A stretch of 64,000 bases of DNA, taken from positions 2,909 through 66,908 of IMG/VR virus record IMGVR_UViG_3300027963_000071; one strand, given 5' to 3'. The first letter of the stretch is position 1. Every line of letters starts with the position of its first letter. This stretch comes from a virus. The notes below the pieces were generated by a model. The model had not been told where the DNA came from, ran no database searches, and saw nothing but the letters and a program-made list of their open reading frames with translations. Shown here piece after piece: positions 19,862 to 29,301 of this stretch. The translations under genes were made by a program, and so were the position numbers.

Positions 19862-20257
19862 ATGCGAGCAAAAGAGTTTATCAACGAAAATTGGACTGGC
19901 AAAAGCCACGGAAAACCCGGAAAAGTACGTAGTCGTCAAGCGGCTGCAATGCCAGGGGCATTTGTTCAACGACAGCTAAGAAATACCGATACTTACATGC
20001 AGTATCGATACGCTATTGCGGTAGCAGCAGCTCGTGCCAATAGAGATCACGGCGTTCCGTTTGAACAAGAATCAGCCTGGGCTGAAAACCTAGCACAGGT
20101 AATGTATGCCCCCGAAGACGAAGAAACCATTATGTTAGCTTCTAAATTAATGGGGGTTACTCCATCGAGAATCACAGACAACGCCAGTAGAGAACCCGAC
20201 TCTACAAACAGAGCAAGCCCTGTAGCAAAATCAAAAAGAAACAAATACGGAGTGTAA
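19862..20257 (+). CDS. Hypothetical protein, possibly head-packaged
   Basis: MRAKEFINE leader; TAAATA just upstream. Confidence 0.55.
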   Translation: MRAKEFINENWTGKSHGKPGKVRSRQAAAMPGAFVQRQLRNTDTYMQYRYAIAVAAARANRDHGVPFEQESAWAENLAQVMYAPEDEETIMLASKLMGVTPSRITDNASREPDSTNRASPVAKSKRNKYGV

Positions 20258-20258
20258 T

Positions 20259-20966
20259 GTGAAGTTACGTGAGTTTACAGAAACACCCCTAGTCACAGTC
20301 AATCGTAGATTAAATCCTAAGATTTGGAATGGTGATTCACTAGATCCAGAAGTAAGACAAAAACTCAAAGAAATTGCCGATGCATTTCAAGAGTTCATCG
20401 GTGTTGATTTAAACATCGTTGATTACACAATCACAGGGTCTAATGCCAACTATACTTGGACCAGCCATTCGGATCTAGATCTTCACATTATTGTTGCAGG
20501 ACTACCAAGTGACGAAGCTCGCGAACTGTTCAATGCCAAAAAGGCACTCTGGGGTGAGCAACATAACATCACAGTAAAAGGCCTTCCAGTTGAGTGTTAT
20601 GTACAAGGCGAAGATGAACCGCATCATTCAACAGGTGTGTATTCTATAGTAGATGATGCTTGGGTTTCAGAACCTAAAAAAATCAAACCAAAGATTAATG
20701 ATTCAGCAGTCAATGCTAAAAAAGAATCTGCCATTCACGATATTGAAACAGCATTTTTATCTAACGATCTCAATAAGTTGCGCTCAGTAAAAGAGAAAAT
20801 AACCAACATGAGAAAAGCTGGATTAGAACGTGCAGGTGAATGGAGTGTTGAGAATCTTGTATTCAAAATTCTGCGCAATCTAGGATTGATAGATAAGATT
20901 ACAGAAAAGATCCGTGAACTAGAAGATCAAGAACTTAGCCTAGAGCAGGCTAATGCTATCGATTAA
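20259..20966 (+). CDS. Pol-beta-superfamily nucleotidyltransferase
   Basis: TGSNANY...SDLDLH (GS-x-DxD), VECY. Confidence 0.7.
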   Translation: MKLREFTETPLVTVNRRLNPKIWNGDSLDPEVRQKLKEIADAFQEFIGVDLNIVDYTITGSNANYTWTSHSDLDLHIIVAGLPSDEARELFNAKKALWGEQHNITVKGLPVECYVQGEDEPHHSTGVYSIVDDAWVSEPKKIKPKINDSAVNAKKESAIHDIETAFLSNDLNKLRSVKEKITNMRKAGLERAGEWSVENLVFKILRNLGLIDKITEKIRELEDQELSLEQANAID

Positions 20967-21544
20967 TGTTTTTTATTGACTAGATAAGTTGAATTAAAAC
21001 TTACAGTAATTCTAGAGTCAGTTTTATTATTCACAGTGTCGTGTTCTAACCAACTGGGAAATATCACCATCATTCCTGTTACACAAGGAAATTCAAACCA
21101 CATTTGATTTAGCGGGCTGTCTCTTTCGATGTGTTCAAACATACGTAGATGATTCAACGGATTGTACAATCTCAACGGAACACTACCGGGATCTGCGTGT
21201 AGATATAATGCTCCTGAAACCACACTACATTCATGACGGTGTCTTTCAACTCGATGCCCTTGTCCTATCTTATTAAACCAAGAATTTGAAATCGCCACTG
21301 GCTCTAATCCTAGTTCACCTGTATATTGATCAACAGCACCCTGTATTCTACTGCGAATGCCTTTTAATAGCATGTTGTCTAGCAATCGTCCGTGTCCGTG
21401 AACATAACTGCTTTCTGCACCGCTGACTAGTCCATGTGGTGCTGTCTTTTGTCGTTCACATATATCTCGCAACAATTGAAATTCTGGATCTTGTGAAAAG
21501 TCATGTTGAAAAACCAGTGTGGGAAATAATGAAATTCTGTTCAT
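20963..21544 (-). CDS. 2OG-Fe(II) oxygenase (TIGR02466-like)
   Basis: SWFN, HRHE, VSGALY, FPSWLEH, RITVSFN. Confidence 0.8.
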   Translation of the reverse strand: MNRISLFPTLVFQHDFSQDPEFQLLRDICERQKTAPHGLVSGAESSYVHGHGRLLDNMLLKGIRSRIQGAVDQYTGELGLEPVAISNSWFNKIGQGHRVERHRHECSVVSGALYLHADPGSVPLRLYNPLNHLRMFEHIERDSPLNQMWFEFPCVTGMMVIFPSWLEHDTVNNKTDSRITVSFNSTYLVNKKH

Positions 21545-22380
21545 ATAAGATTTACTCGTTTACTCCAAGGCATAACTGTTTTACGTCCTTGTGCTTTAAT
21601 TTTTCTATTGTATTCGCAGACTTCAGCGCATAATTCTCTAGCACAAAATTCTAAATCGTCTAGGGTATTTTCTTTTAATAGTCCTGCAACAAATCCTGTG
21701 GTTAAATCCAATTGACTGTCGTTGGTTAATGCAGCCACAACTTTGTCTGCCATAATCTTATGATTGGTTAGACATAGATGATTGTATCGTGCATCAATGC
21801 CGCCAGGCCAAAAACTTTGATCATGTTTATCAAGATCACGAGGATCAAACTCAATGGCCTGTGTGTCGTCCATGAGAATTCCTTTGGCCCAATTGAGTTC
21901 TGAAAAATGTTCTCCCTGTGCAACATCTTGATCAAAACATTTTATCATCAATGGACGTTTTAGACCTTTCTTTAACACTTGATAGGCAATGTAACTCAAG
22001 CGATTATTAACATGTACGATATCTAAACTAGGACGTTGGATATATCGTATGTAATGTTCGATGGCCTTGCTCTGTTCTCGACTGCACCAGCGATCTAGAT
22101 CAATAACATACGGATGGCTTAGTCTTGGCTGTTCTTCAAAGAACCAAAATCTACTGGGGTGTGTTAATGCCACTATGACATAGTCATCTTCGGAGATTTC
22201 ACTGTCTAACCAAGTCTGTAGTTTTTGCCAGCACCAATCTTGCGCAGTTCCCATTTCTGACGGGTTGATCAACTCTAGGCCCATCTGTTCAGCAACCATC
22301 ATAGGCCATACTGCTGTAGGATCATTGGGTTTAGGAGGTGCTACAAAACTGTCACCTATAACATACAGTCGTGCCATCAC
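21541..22380 (-). CDS. SGNH/GDSL-like protein, paralog 1
   Basis: VIGDSF, LTHPSRFW, DARYNHL. Confidence 0.6.
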   Translation of the reverse strand: MMARLYVIGDSFVAPPKPNDPTAVWPMMVAEQMGLELINPSEMGTAQDWCWQKLQTWLDSEISEDDYVIVALTHPSRFWFFEEQPRLSHPYVIDLDRWCSREQSKAIEHYIRYIQRPSLDIVHVNNRLSYIAYQVLKKGLKRPLMIKCFDQDVAQGEHFSELNWAKGILMDDTQAIEFDPRDLDKHDQSFWPGGIDARYNHLCLTNHKIMADKVVAALTNDSQLDLTTGFVAGLLKENTLDDLEFCARELCAEVCEYNRKIKAQGRKTVMPWSKRVNLI

Positions 22381-23282
22381 GGATTCCTTATGCTCTTGTT
22401 TGGAGTTATTCCAGCACGTTTAAGCCAAGGCAATATGGGTTTGTAATATGGTTTTTTCAACTGTGTAGTTCTGTACTTCAGTGCGCTCATATCCAACTGC
22501 TGTTGACAAAATTCTAGATCGTTGACAGCATCATCAGTTAACAGTCCACGATGAAATCCATCAGTGATGTTCAACTGGGTTTGATGGAATAGGCTGGCAG
22601 ACACACGATCACTTAGAATCTCATGATTGCTTAGACACATGTGATTATACCGACAGTCGATGCCCTGCCAATAGCCATTGTTTTCTTCACGTACTGGATC
22701 GGCAAATTCCCAATACTGTATATCTTCAAATAGACTGCCCTGGCTTATCAGCAGTTCATCAGACTGTTCAAACTCTAACAGCAACTGATCAAAACCTTTG
22801 ATGACCAAAGGTTTTCGCAGACCCTGTTTTAAAACCTGATAACTGAGCCAACCCATTCTGTTGTTCAAGTGTATGGCATCTAGACTGGGTCGTTGTATGT
22901 GCTTGATGAACAGCTCTATGGCACGACATTCTTCCGGACTGCAATATCTGTCCAAGTCTATGATGTTGCTGTTTGACATACCAGGATCGCGTTCTAAGTA
23001 CCAAAACCTACTGGCATGTGTAAGAGCCACGATGAGATAGTCTTGGTCAGTGATAACTCCGTCGGCGATCCAGGCCTGTAGTGTCTGCCACATGTAGTCT
23101 TGGCTAACACCCATCATTGAACTGTTGACCAATAGCACAGGCTCTTGATGCAGAGCTGCTAACTTTTGAGCAGTGGCTCGAGTCCAGGTCATCGTAGTAT
23201 CTGACGACATGGGGCTTACAGAAAAACTGTCGCCAATTACAAATAGTTTTCTAGATTCTGGTAATGATAATCTGTCGGTCAT
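22377..23282 (-). CDS. SGNH/GDSL-like protein, paralog 2
   Basis: VIGDSF, LTHASRFW, DCRYNHM; start placed at the ATGA overlap. Confidence 0.6.
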   Translation of the reverse strand: MTDRLSLPESRKLFVIGDSFSVSPMSSDTTMTWTRATAQKLAALHQEPVLLVNSSMMGVSQDYMWQTLQAWIADGVITDQDYLIVALTHASRFWYLERDPGMSNSNIIDLDRYCSPEECRAIELFIKHIQRPSLDAIHLNNRMGWLSYQVLKQGLRKPLVIKGFDQLLLEFEQSDELLISQGSLFEDIQYWEFADPVREENNGYWQGIDCRYNHMCLSNHEILSDRVSASLFHQTQLNITDGFHRGLLTDDAVNDLEFCQQQLDMSALKYRTTQLKKPYYKPILPWLKRAGITPNKSIRNP

Positions 23283-24157
23283 TGTTTTATTGTAGCAGAG
23301 CGTAGCCAACTTGTCAAGTTTCGTTTCAATGCTTTGGTGTCTTTCTTCTGTTGCATCAGAGCCATCATTTCCAAATTCAGTTCTTCGGCGCAGAATTTGG
23401 CATCGCTCATCACTTGATCATCGAATATGTTTTCAATAAATTCTGGCTGTGTAAGATCCAACACCCTGTCGTTTTTCAAACTGTCGGCGATCAAAGCAGC
23501 CAATATCTTGTGATTGCTCAGGGTCAAATGATTGTATCTAGGATCAAACCCAGCAAAATACTCTGTAGTGGTGTTGTCTGTTCTTGTTTCTTCAGGGAAT
23601 TCTCGATTCTGTAGATCGTAAAGATTTCCCTGGGCAATGTTCAGCCCCTTGTAGACCTCAGCATCGTATAGATCAAATTCAAATGCTTTGATAACCAATG
23701 GACGACGAATACCCCATTGATGTGTGGCCATGGCCAACCAGCCCAAGCGACTCAACTGCTGAATGGTGTCCAATCTAGGACGCTGTATTTCTTTCATGTA
23801 CAGCCGTATTGCCTGGCTCTGAGCCTCGGTGATGTGATCATCGAGATCTATGGTGTAATGCCCATTGCTGAGATCAGGTTTTGAGTCAACGTACCAATAC
23901 CTATTGGGATGTGTCAGCACCACAATCACATAGTCCTCGGGCTGTATCAGACCCTCGTGAAGCCAACGCTGTAGATACATCCAACAGTAGTCTTGGCTGA
24001 CTCCGTGCCAACTTTCATTTACTATTTTGACTGTGGTGCCCGTGTCGACGGTCAACAGTGCGGCAACCAATTCAGGCCAAATTCTAGGACGATCAATTGT
24101 TGTTCGAGGTTGACTGAAGCTGTCGCCAATGATCCATAGGGTGGGTTCTTTGTTCAT
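23279..24157 (-). CDS. SGNH/GDSL-like protein, paralog 3
   Basis: IIGDSF, LTHPNRYW, DPRYNHL. Confidence 0.6.
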   Translation of the reverse strand: MNKEPTLWIIGDSFSQPRTTIDRPRIWPELVAALLTVDTGTTVKIVNESWHGVSQDYCWMYLQRWLHEGLIQPEDYVIVVLTHPNRYWYVDSKPDLSNGHYTIDLDDHITEAQSQAIRLYMKEIQRPRLDTIQQLSRLGWLAMATHQWGIRRPLVIKAFEFDLYDAEVYKGLNIAQGNLYDLQNREFPEETRTDNTTTEYFAGFDPRYNHLTLSNHKILAALIADSLKNDRVLDLTQPEFIENIFDDQVMSDAKFCAEELNLEMMALMQQKKDTKALKRNLTSWLRSATIKQ

Positions 24158-24247
24158 AGCAATACTTATCGTAAACAGCTAGTTTAATGATTTTTCTTGA
24201 CAAGATATAAATATGCGTATATAATATTATAAAAGGAACTGCACGAA

Positions 24248-24685
24248 ATGCTAGAGAAAATCACAGAACTCACCGACGAACTATTGACCTTGCTCAAAGA
24301 CGATCCCGTTCGCCCTGAAATCCCTGCTGATTTCCGAGTGGATAAAAATTCCAGAGTCTATGTGCTCAAAGATGATGCCACTGGCCAACCTCTGGCAGTG
24401 ACCTGCGTGAAATTCCTTGAAGGTATTCCTTCCAGTGTGCAGGAACTGGCTGATGTTTGTGTACACAGTACCACTGCGGTGTTTTATACCATTTGGAGTT
24501 ATGCTGCGGGTTCAGGTCGCAGCTTGATCACAGCGGCCCAAGAAGATATCAAACAGACAGAACCTGAAGTCAAGACCTTCGTGACACTGAGTCCAAAAAC
24601 AGAAATGGCTCGACGTTTTCATCACAAAAACGGAGCCACTACCTATAGAGAAAATGCTGATTCAGTGAACTACGAGTATCACTGA
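24248..24685 (+). CDS. Conserved-looking phage protein, possible GNAT-like fold
   Basis: FYTIWSYAAGSGRSLI...TLSPKTEMARRFH. Confidence 0.45.
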   Translation: MLEKITELTDELLTLLKDDPVRPEIPADFRVDKNSRVYVLKDDATGQPLAVTCVKFLEGIPSSVQELADVCVHSTTAVFYTIWSYAAGSGRSLITAAQEDIKQTEPEVKTFVTLSPKTEMARRFHHKNGATTYRENADSVNYEYH

Positions 24686-24897
24686 CTGCGAACCAGTTCG
24701 CTGCCTGGGCGATTGCCCACTGTGTATTCTTCTACTTCTGCTGTCCACAATGTGGTGTTGGTTTGAGCGCACTGCTTCTGTGCCAACTGTTCAGCTAACA
24801 GCCAAGCAGTTCTAAGATCAGTTACCACAGCGCCAGAGAGATCCTGTTGCTGTACACGAGTAGTTCCCAAACGGGCCATGATTTTGTATGCTTTCAT
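24679..24897 (-). CDS. Hypothetical protein
   Basis: 72 aa; GATAAATA late-type motif just upstream. Confidence 0.55.
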   Translation of the reverse strand: MKAYKIMARLGTTRVQQQDLSGAVVTDLRTAWLLAEQLAQKQCAQTNTTLWTAEVEEYTVGNRPGSELVRSQ

Positions 24898-24909
24898 ACA
24901 GTTATTTAT

Positions 24910-24963
24910 CGGGCAGCGTAATTTTGAGCGCGAAGCGTAAAACGTTTTTTTTACACGAAGTGT
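24910..24963 (+). repeat. Left arm of long-range inverted element, with GAA-loop hairpins
   Basis: CGGGCAGC-N10-GCGCGAAGCG-TAAAA, then ACAC-GAA-GTGT. Confidence 0.7.
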
Positions 24964-24977
24964 TAGCGCAGATTTTT

Positions 24978-25202
24978 TTAGTCGAATAAAGTGCGCACTA
25001 TTCTCGACTGTTCAGGATACTTGATCAACCATATGTCAGCGTAGAGACTGTTGTTAAACAGCAACCACCAGTCTGTAGGCACTGCCGCATTATACAGTTC
25101 AGTGTGTGCATAGCTACGAGGCCAATAACTGACCGCACGATTCCACCCTTGTAGTAAAGCGATCTGCGGTCGTTGAAACTGTTCTAGATACACTATAAGC
25201 AT
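24978..25202 (-). CDS. Hypothetical protein
   Basis: 74 aa; TAAATA upstream. Confidence 0.5.
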   Translation of the reverse strand: MLIVYLEQFQRPQIALLQGWNRAVSYWPRSYAHTELYNAAVPTDWWLLFNNSLYADIWLIKYPEQSRIVRTLFD

Positions 25203-25216
25203 ATCTAGTATTTAAG

Positions 25217-25801
25217 TTATTCGGGTAAGATACTGTAGTTAAAGGTCAATACATAGCGTTCTTCATGCTGTGTAGGACTTGTGCTAGAATGAAAGTGTGC
25301 GCCGTCAAAATCAGCCCAAAGATTAGCTTCGGGTGTGACACGCTCTGCTTCTGTATAAGTCTTAGGAACAGGATCGGGACGTGCATAGTCAGTGCGTTCA
25401 TTATAAACTATAGTATCACCGTCTGTAGGCATAACATAGTAAAGACCTGTACGATGTACAACACCTTGATCCACATGCGGGCTGTGTACCACTGGATAGG
25501 GTGTACGAGTGCAAAAACCGTAGCGTACACGATATACAGTATCCAGCTTCTGCCCCTGAGCATCTAATGCTGCCATTAATATATGAAAAGCGTTTTCCCA
25601 TAATGGACTTATAGGACCTACATCTGGCCCGTATATGGTATGACTGAACGATCCACGGTATTCTGCAATGTTGTCAAGATCCATATCACCCGCTGTAATG
25701 GGCATATAGAACCAATGGACGCCTAGATCAGCAAAACGTTGTACAACATAGCTTTGATGTGTATGTTTGAGTAAATTGGGTATTCGAGTGACTATAGACA
25801 T
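25217..25801 (-). CDS. 2OG-Fe(II) oxygenase-like protein
   Basis: PHVD, DGDT, FHSSTSP, RYVLTFN. Confidence 0.7.
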   Translation of the reverse strand: MSIVTRIPNLLKHTHQSYVVQRFADLGVHWFYMPITAGDMDLDNIAEYRGSFSHTIYGPDVGPISPLWENAFHILMAALDAQGQKLDTVYRVRYGFCTRTPYPVVHSPHVDQGVVHRTGLYYVMPTDGDTIVYNERTDYARPDPVPKTYTEAERVTPEANLWADFDGAHFHSSTSPTQHEERYVLTFNYSILPE

Positions 25802-25872
25802 AAGTGTATGATAAAGAATCCTATTAATAATATAACGACTACAATATAAGCTGGTCTCATACAGTAATTATG

Positions 25873-26103
25873 TTAGCAGTCAGCATCACCTATCGGTTCT
25901 GGATCTTGAACAGGATGACAGTGTTCAGCCCAGCGTAGAGCAAAGTCTGTGTAGAGTGGTGCGCCTAATGGGACCCAAAAGCGTGTGCGATTGAGATGTA
26001 TTTCATACAGTATGTTATGGTGTTGTATCCACTCAAGTACACCTACTGCATGAGCAGATTGATTGAGCACTGCATATTGCGCATGATTGGCCGGGTGTGT
26101 CAT
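25873..26103 (-). CDS. Hypothetical protein
   Basis: ATGA-coupled to 26100..26288. Confidence 0.55.
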   Translation of the reverse strand: MTHPANHAQYAVLNQSAHAVGVLEWIQHHNILYEIHLNRTRFWVPLGAPLYTDFALRWAEHCHPVQDPEPIGDADC

Positions 26104-26288
26104 ACTATTCCGGGACGAAACTCAATACAGTAAGCGCATATGGCTAGTACAACACATAAGACAATCCAAGCCCATTTGCTGATTGGACCTTCTACATCCT
26201 GTACACGATAATAGGCATCAAAGTCCGGATCATAGCGATACTGTTTACCACGTATTACTTCAATTTGATTATATTGATCATTGTTCAT
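26100..26288 (-). CDS. Small membrane protein
   Basis: C-terminal hydrophobic helix WAWIVLCVVLAICAY. Confidence 0.55.
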   Translation of the reverse strand: MNNDQYNQIEVIRGKQYRYDPDFDAYYRVQDVEGPISKWAWIVLCVVLAICAYCIEFRPGIV

Positions 26289-26653
26289 AGTAGTCTATCC
26301 GTTATACCAGTAATTAGTGGATCTTTCGATCCGTTTGCATTGATCCTGGCAATGTCTGATATGGCTGTTTCCAGTAGTTCTAATCGTTGTTGCTGTGTGT
26401 AGAATCGTTCTCGTAGAGAAGTTGCTTGTAATAAGCTGAGGATTTTACTGAGAATAATGGGGATCCAAGTGTGTGTCATACTTGTATATATAGCGACCAA
26501 ATGGGTCCTGCAGGTTAAAAAATCTGCTGCGTAAAAAATTTGGGTGGAGTACTTACAGATTCTGGGTGGTGAATTTAGACCACTAGCCGCTAAAATAGCT
26601 AGTACACACTAACATACACTATACCGGTCGGCCCCATACCGACCACCACCACC

Positions 26654-26878
26654 TCACCTCAGATGGTTGGTCCATGACCAGTACCGGAGATTCTCTGGGC
26701 TCATTCCCATCAACACACCTTCGTAGGCTGCGTAGGATATAGCCTTGAACTCACCGGCTTCCCACTTTGATCTAAAGGGATCTTTATTCAAGCGTCCAGC
26801 CTGCTGTTTAGCCGTGCGCTCTAGTTTATAGTAACGCTCTGCACGTCCGCTTGCTGTGTTGTATACGATGTATCCCAT
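26654..26878 (-). CDS. Hypothetical early protein
   Basis: AAAGGT RBS; YIVYNT..G...RYYK resembles 43631..43894. Confidence 0.55.
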   Translation of the reverse strand: MGYIVYNTASGRAERYYKLERTAKQQAGRLNKDPFRSKWEAGEFKAISYAAYEGVLMGMSPENLRYWSWTNHLR

Positions 26879-27061
26879 GCTACCTTTACTGCTGTGTTAC
26901 TCTAGTTACATCTAGGACTCTGATGTGGCTTACACTCTCTGCTCATACCACAGCACACATCATGGCTGCTGTTGTTGGGGATCTGATCCATGCCAATGCC
27001 CACACCGCCCTTGGGGTCCCAGGGTGCATCACGGCGATCCCCTAGTAGGCTACACGCTGCG

Positions 27062-27310
27062 TTAGCGCAGCATAGCAAGGCTAATACAGTCAGCCGCAGC
27101 GTCCTTGTATTCATCTAGTGCTCCTTCTTGTTCTAATGACTCTACCAATGCTATGTGCATAAGGCTACGGGCATCACAGCGATCCTTGTGCTGAGCTAGA
27201 CTATCCACTACTAGGTTAGCCTGCTCTAGACTGTCGCACATCCAAAGCACATCCATTATGGCCTTCTGCTTCTTTGTCAAGCCTTCGATGCGTATCATGT
27301 TATCGCTCAT
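27062..27310 (-). CDS. Hypothetical early protein
   Basis: 82 aa, coupled. Confidence 0.55.
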   Translation of the reverse strand: MSDNMIRIEGLTKKQKAIMDVLWMCDSLEQANLVVDSLAQHKDRCDARSLMHIALVESLEQEGALDEYKDAAADCISLAMLR

Positions 27311-27488
27311 CGTAGTAGGCCGCGCCCTTCAAGCCCAGGCTCCCGCACAGCATTGTGAGCAGTCCCACTATGGCGAACAGCATACAGCCCAACAGTTGCT
27401 CGTCGGCTGCTACTTCAATACCGCCCACTGCGCCCATTGTCATAATCAAACCTACGATCAGTACGAACATTGATTGCTTTGAAGTCAT
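27300..27488 (-). CDS. Small two-TM membrane protein
   Basis: Two hydrophobic helices; promoter at 27521-27549. Confidence 0.6.
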   Translation of the reverse strand: MTSKQSMFVLIVGLIMTMGAVGGIEVAADEQLLGCMLFAIVGLLTMLCGSLGLKGAAYYDER

Positions 27489-27545
27489 TTGCTTTCCTTT
27501 GTGTGTTTGTGTATGTGTTAATTATACTACCGTTTAGCCCGAATG

Positions 27546-27722
27546 TCAAGCAGTTTCTCGCTGTGCTTGCTTGACCAATTCGTGTGCCAAGTTCAGTGCC
27601 ATCATAGCTGCGACCATAGCGATCATGCGTTCCTGTCCCGAGAACTTCATGATCTGATCTTCCAGGGCCTGCATGGATTCTGGTGTGGCAAAGAAGTTGT
27701 TCTTTTGGATTGGGTTCTTCAT
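27546..27722 (-). CDS. 58-aa hypothetical protein (MKNPIQKNNFF...), not in the ORF track
   Basis: Own promoter and AGGA RBS; its TGA lies within the next TTGACA. Confidence 0.6.
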   Translation of the reverse strand: MKNPIQKNNFFATPESMQALEDQIMKFSGQERMIAMVAAMMALNLAHELVKQAQRETA

Positions 27723-27761
27723 GTGGGTTCCTGTTTGTTTGTGTATGTGTGTATTATATGC

Positions 27762-28055
27762 TCAAACGCCCAAACTGTCAACCAATAACCCTGCACTGTC
27801 TAGGTACTTTAGCTGTGTGTCTGCGGGCTGTTGCCAGAAGCGATCACCCTGCTTGACGGCCTCTATGACCCGAACGTGAATCTCGGGATAGGCCGCTACG
27901 ATTCTGCTGAATCGATTGTAGATCTCTTGCTGTTGCTCTTGGGTCAAACCATACTCGCTGCGTGTGCTGCGTACCTGGAAGGCCAATTGGTTGATCAAGT
28001 GATCGAGATCCTGGGTGGGCTGAGTCGTGCCCGATTTCAGTGTGTCAAAGGTCAT
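27762..28055 (-). CDS. Hypothetical early protein
   Basis: AGGAGCGA RBS. Confidence 0.6.
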   Translation of the reverse strand: MTFDTLKSGTTQPTQDLDHLINQLAFQVRSTRSEYGLTQEQQQEIYNRFSRIVAAYPEIHVRVIEAVKQGDRFWQQPADTQLKYLDSAGLLVDSLGV

Positions 28056-28074
28056 GTTCGCTCCTTGTTGCTGT

Positions 28075-28390
28075 TAGGCGGGGATGTTTGATAGAAATAA
28101 CAGTTTTGAACCTGCCCTACCGTGCCGTCCACGGACTTGTCTATCAACCACATTACACTCCAACTTGATCCGGCGTGCCTCGCCCTTTCGGGTCTGCTTT
28201 CGTGTTGCCTAGCAGTGCCAGTCCGTCAACTGGGAATCCACTAACTAGACAACCTACCGGAGTTGGTAACCCCTTATCTCATTACGCTTAGGCCGGGTCT
28301 CCAAACCCGCTTCGTATCCCTTGGCTACAACCCTTTTTGCATCACTGCGTGGGTTCTTGCATTTGAGGATCACCTTGCTTTCTAACTTGT
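28075..28390 (-). ncRNA. Candidate structured ncRNA or long leader (~310 nt)
   Basis: TTGACA-17-TACAAT promoter at 28395-28423, no ORF of 60 aa or more, several complementary helices. Confidence 0.55.
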
Positions 28391-28419
28391 CTCTATTGTA
28401 ACACCATTCGTCCAAACTG

Positions 28420-28650
28420 TCAACCTAGTGCTTTCAATAACCCTACAACACACAGGACTATTGCCACTCCATTTATAATCATCTGCGGCTTGTTCACCAC
28501 GCGATAACTCCAAGTAAAGAAGCACAGGGCACCTACCAAAGCCACTGCATTACGCAGGTTGTCATAGCCTGGAAAGAAGTTGCTTACGACATACATCGCT
28601 AGGATGAATGCTGTTCCTGTCCACTGTATTGCGTCATTTGTTTTGTTCAT
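28420..28650 (-). CDS. Small three-TM membrane protein (leaderless)
   Basis: MNKTNDAIQWTG start 6 nt after the -10 box; hydrophobic helices. Confidence 0.6.
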   Translation of the reverse strand: MNKTNDAIQWTGTAFILAMYVVSNFFPGYDNLRNAVALVGALCFFTWSYRVVNKPQMIINGVAIVLCVVGLLKALG

Positions 28651-28681
28651 GTGTGTATTATAACGCACTCTGTCCAAAATG

Positions 28682-28927
28682 TCAACCAATTTCCTGTTGT
28701 ATTTTAGCCACACCGTGTGCGAACTCATGTTGTGCCAAACGGTTGTGTCCCTGGATGGCTCGTTCCCGGGTAGGATACCGAGCAACCACGTTGCTTCTAC
28801 CGTTGCTGTAGAACAAGCAGGTTTCATACTGGTCCCCAGCAACAGCAGCCGAGTTCAACTTGACGGTTGATATCTCTACATCGCCAATGACGTTCAAGCT
28901 GATCTGTTTGGGCATAACGAAGTTCAT
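28682..28927 (-). CDS. Hypothetical early protein
   Basis: ISTV...YETCLF...RY. Confidence 0.55.
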   Translation of the reverse strand: MNFVMPKQISLNVIGDVEISTVKLNSAAVAGDQYETCLFYSNGRSNVVARYPTRERAIQGHNRLAQHEFAHGVAKIQQEIG

Positions 28928-29238
28928 GCTAGTTCTCCTAGTTCGATTGTGGGTTCTGGATAGCGGATCTCTCCGTCGTATTCCAGCTGGCTGCGTTCAA
29001 ACCAGCTGAGGTAATCGTCTGCTTCCACGTGGAAACCGATGATGGCAGTTGTGAAGTATTCATCATCGCGTTCGATCTGGCTGCGTACCATGTCTACGAT
29101 CTCTGAGGCATCTGCCCCGGCAGGAACATTTGTGATTTTATACGAGGATCCACCTTTGGCCTTCCAACGATAGGTACCGTCGAAACCTGTGTGGGCCGCG
29201 TAGTTCTCGTGATCCTGTGTGTCGATTACTATGATCAT
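28924..29238 (-). CDS. Hypothetical early protein
   Basis: TQDHENYAAH...WKAKGGS; GGAGCGA RBS. Confidence 0.65.
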   Translation of the reverse strand: MIIVIDTQDHENYAAHTGFDGTYRWKAKGGSSYKITNVPAGADASEIVDMVRSQIERDDEYFTTAIIGFHVEADDYLSWFERSQLEYDGEIRYPEPTIELGELA

Positions 29239-29301
29239 TGTCGCTCCTGTTATCTAACTATGTGCATAGTATAACAGGCATTAGCCAATTTGTCAACCAA
29301 T

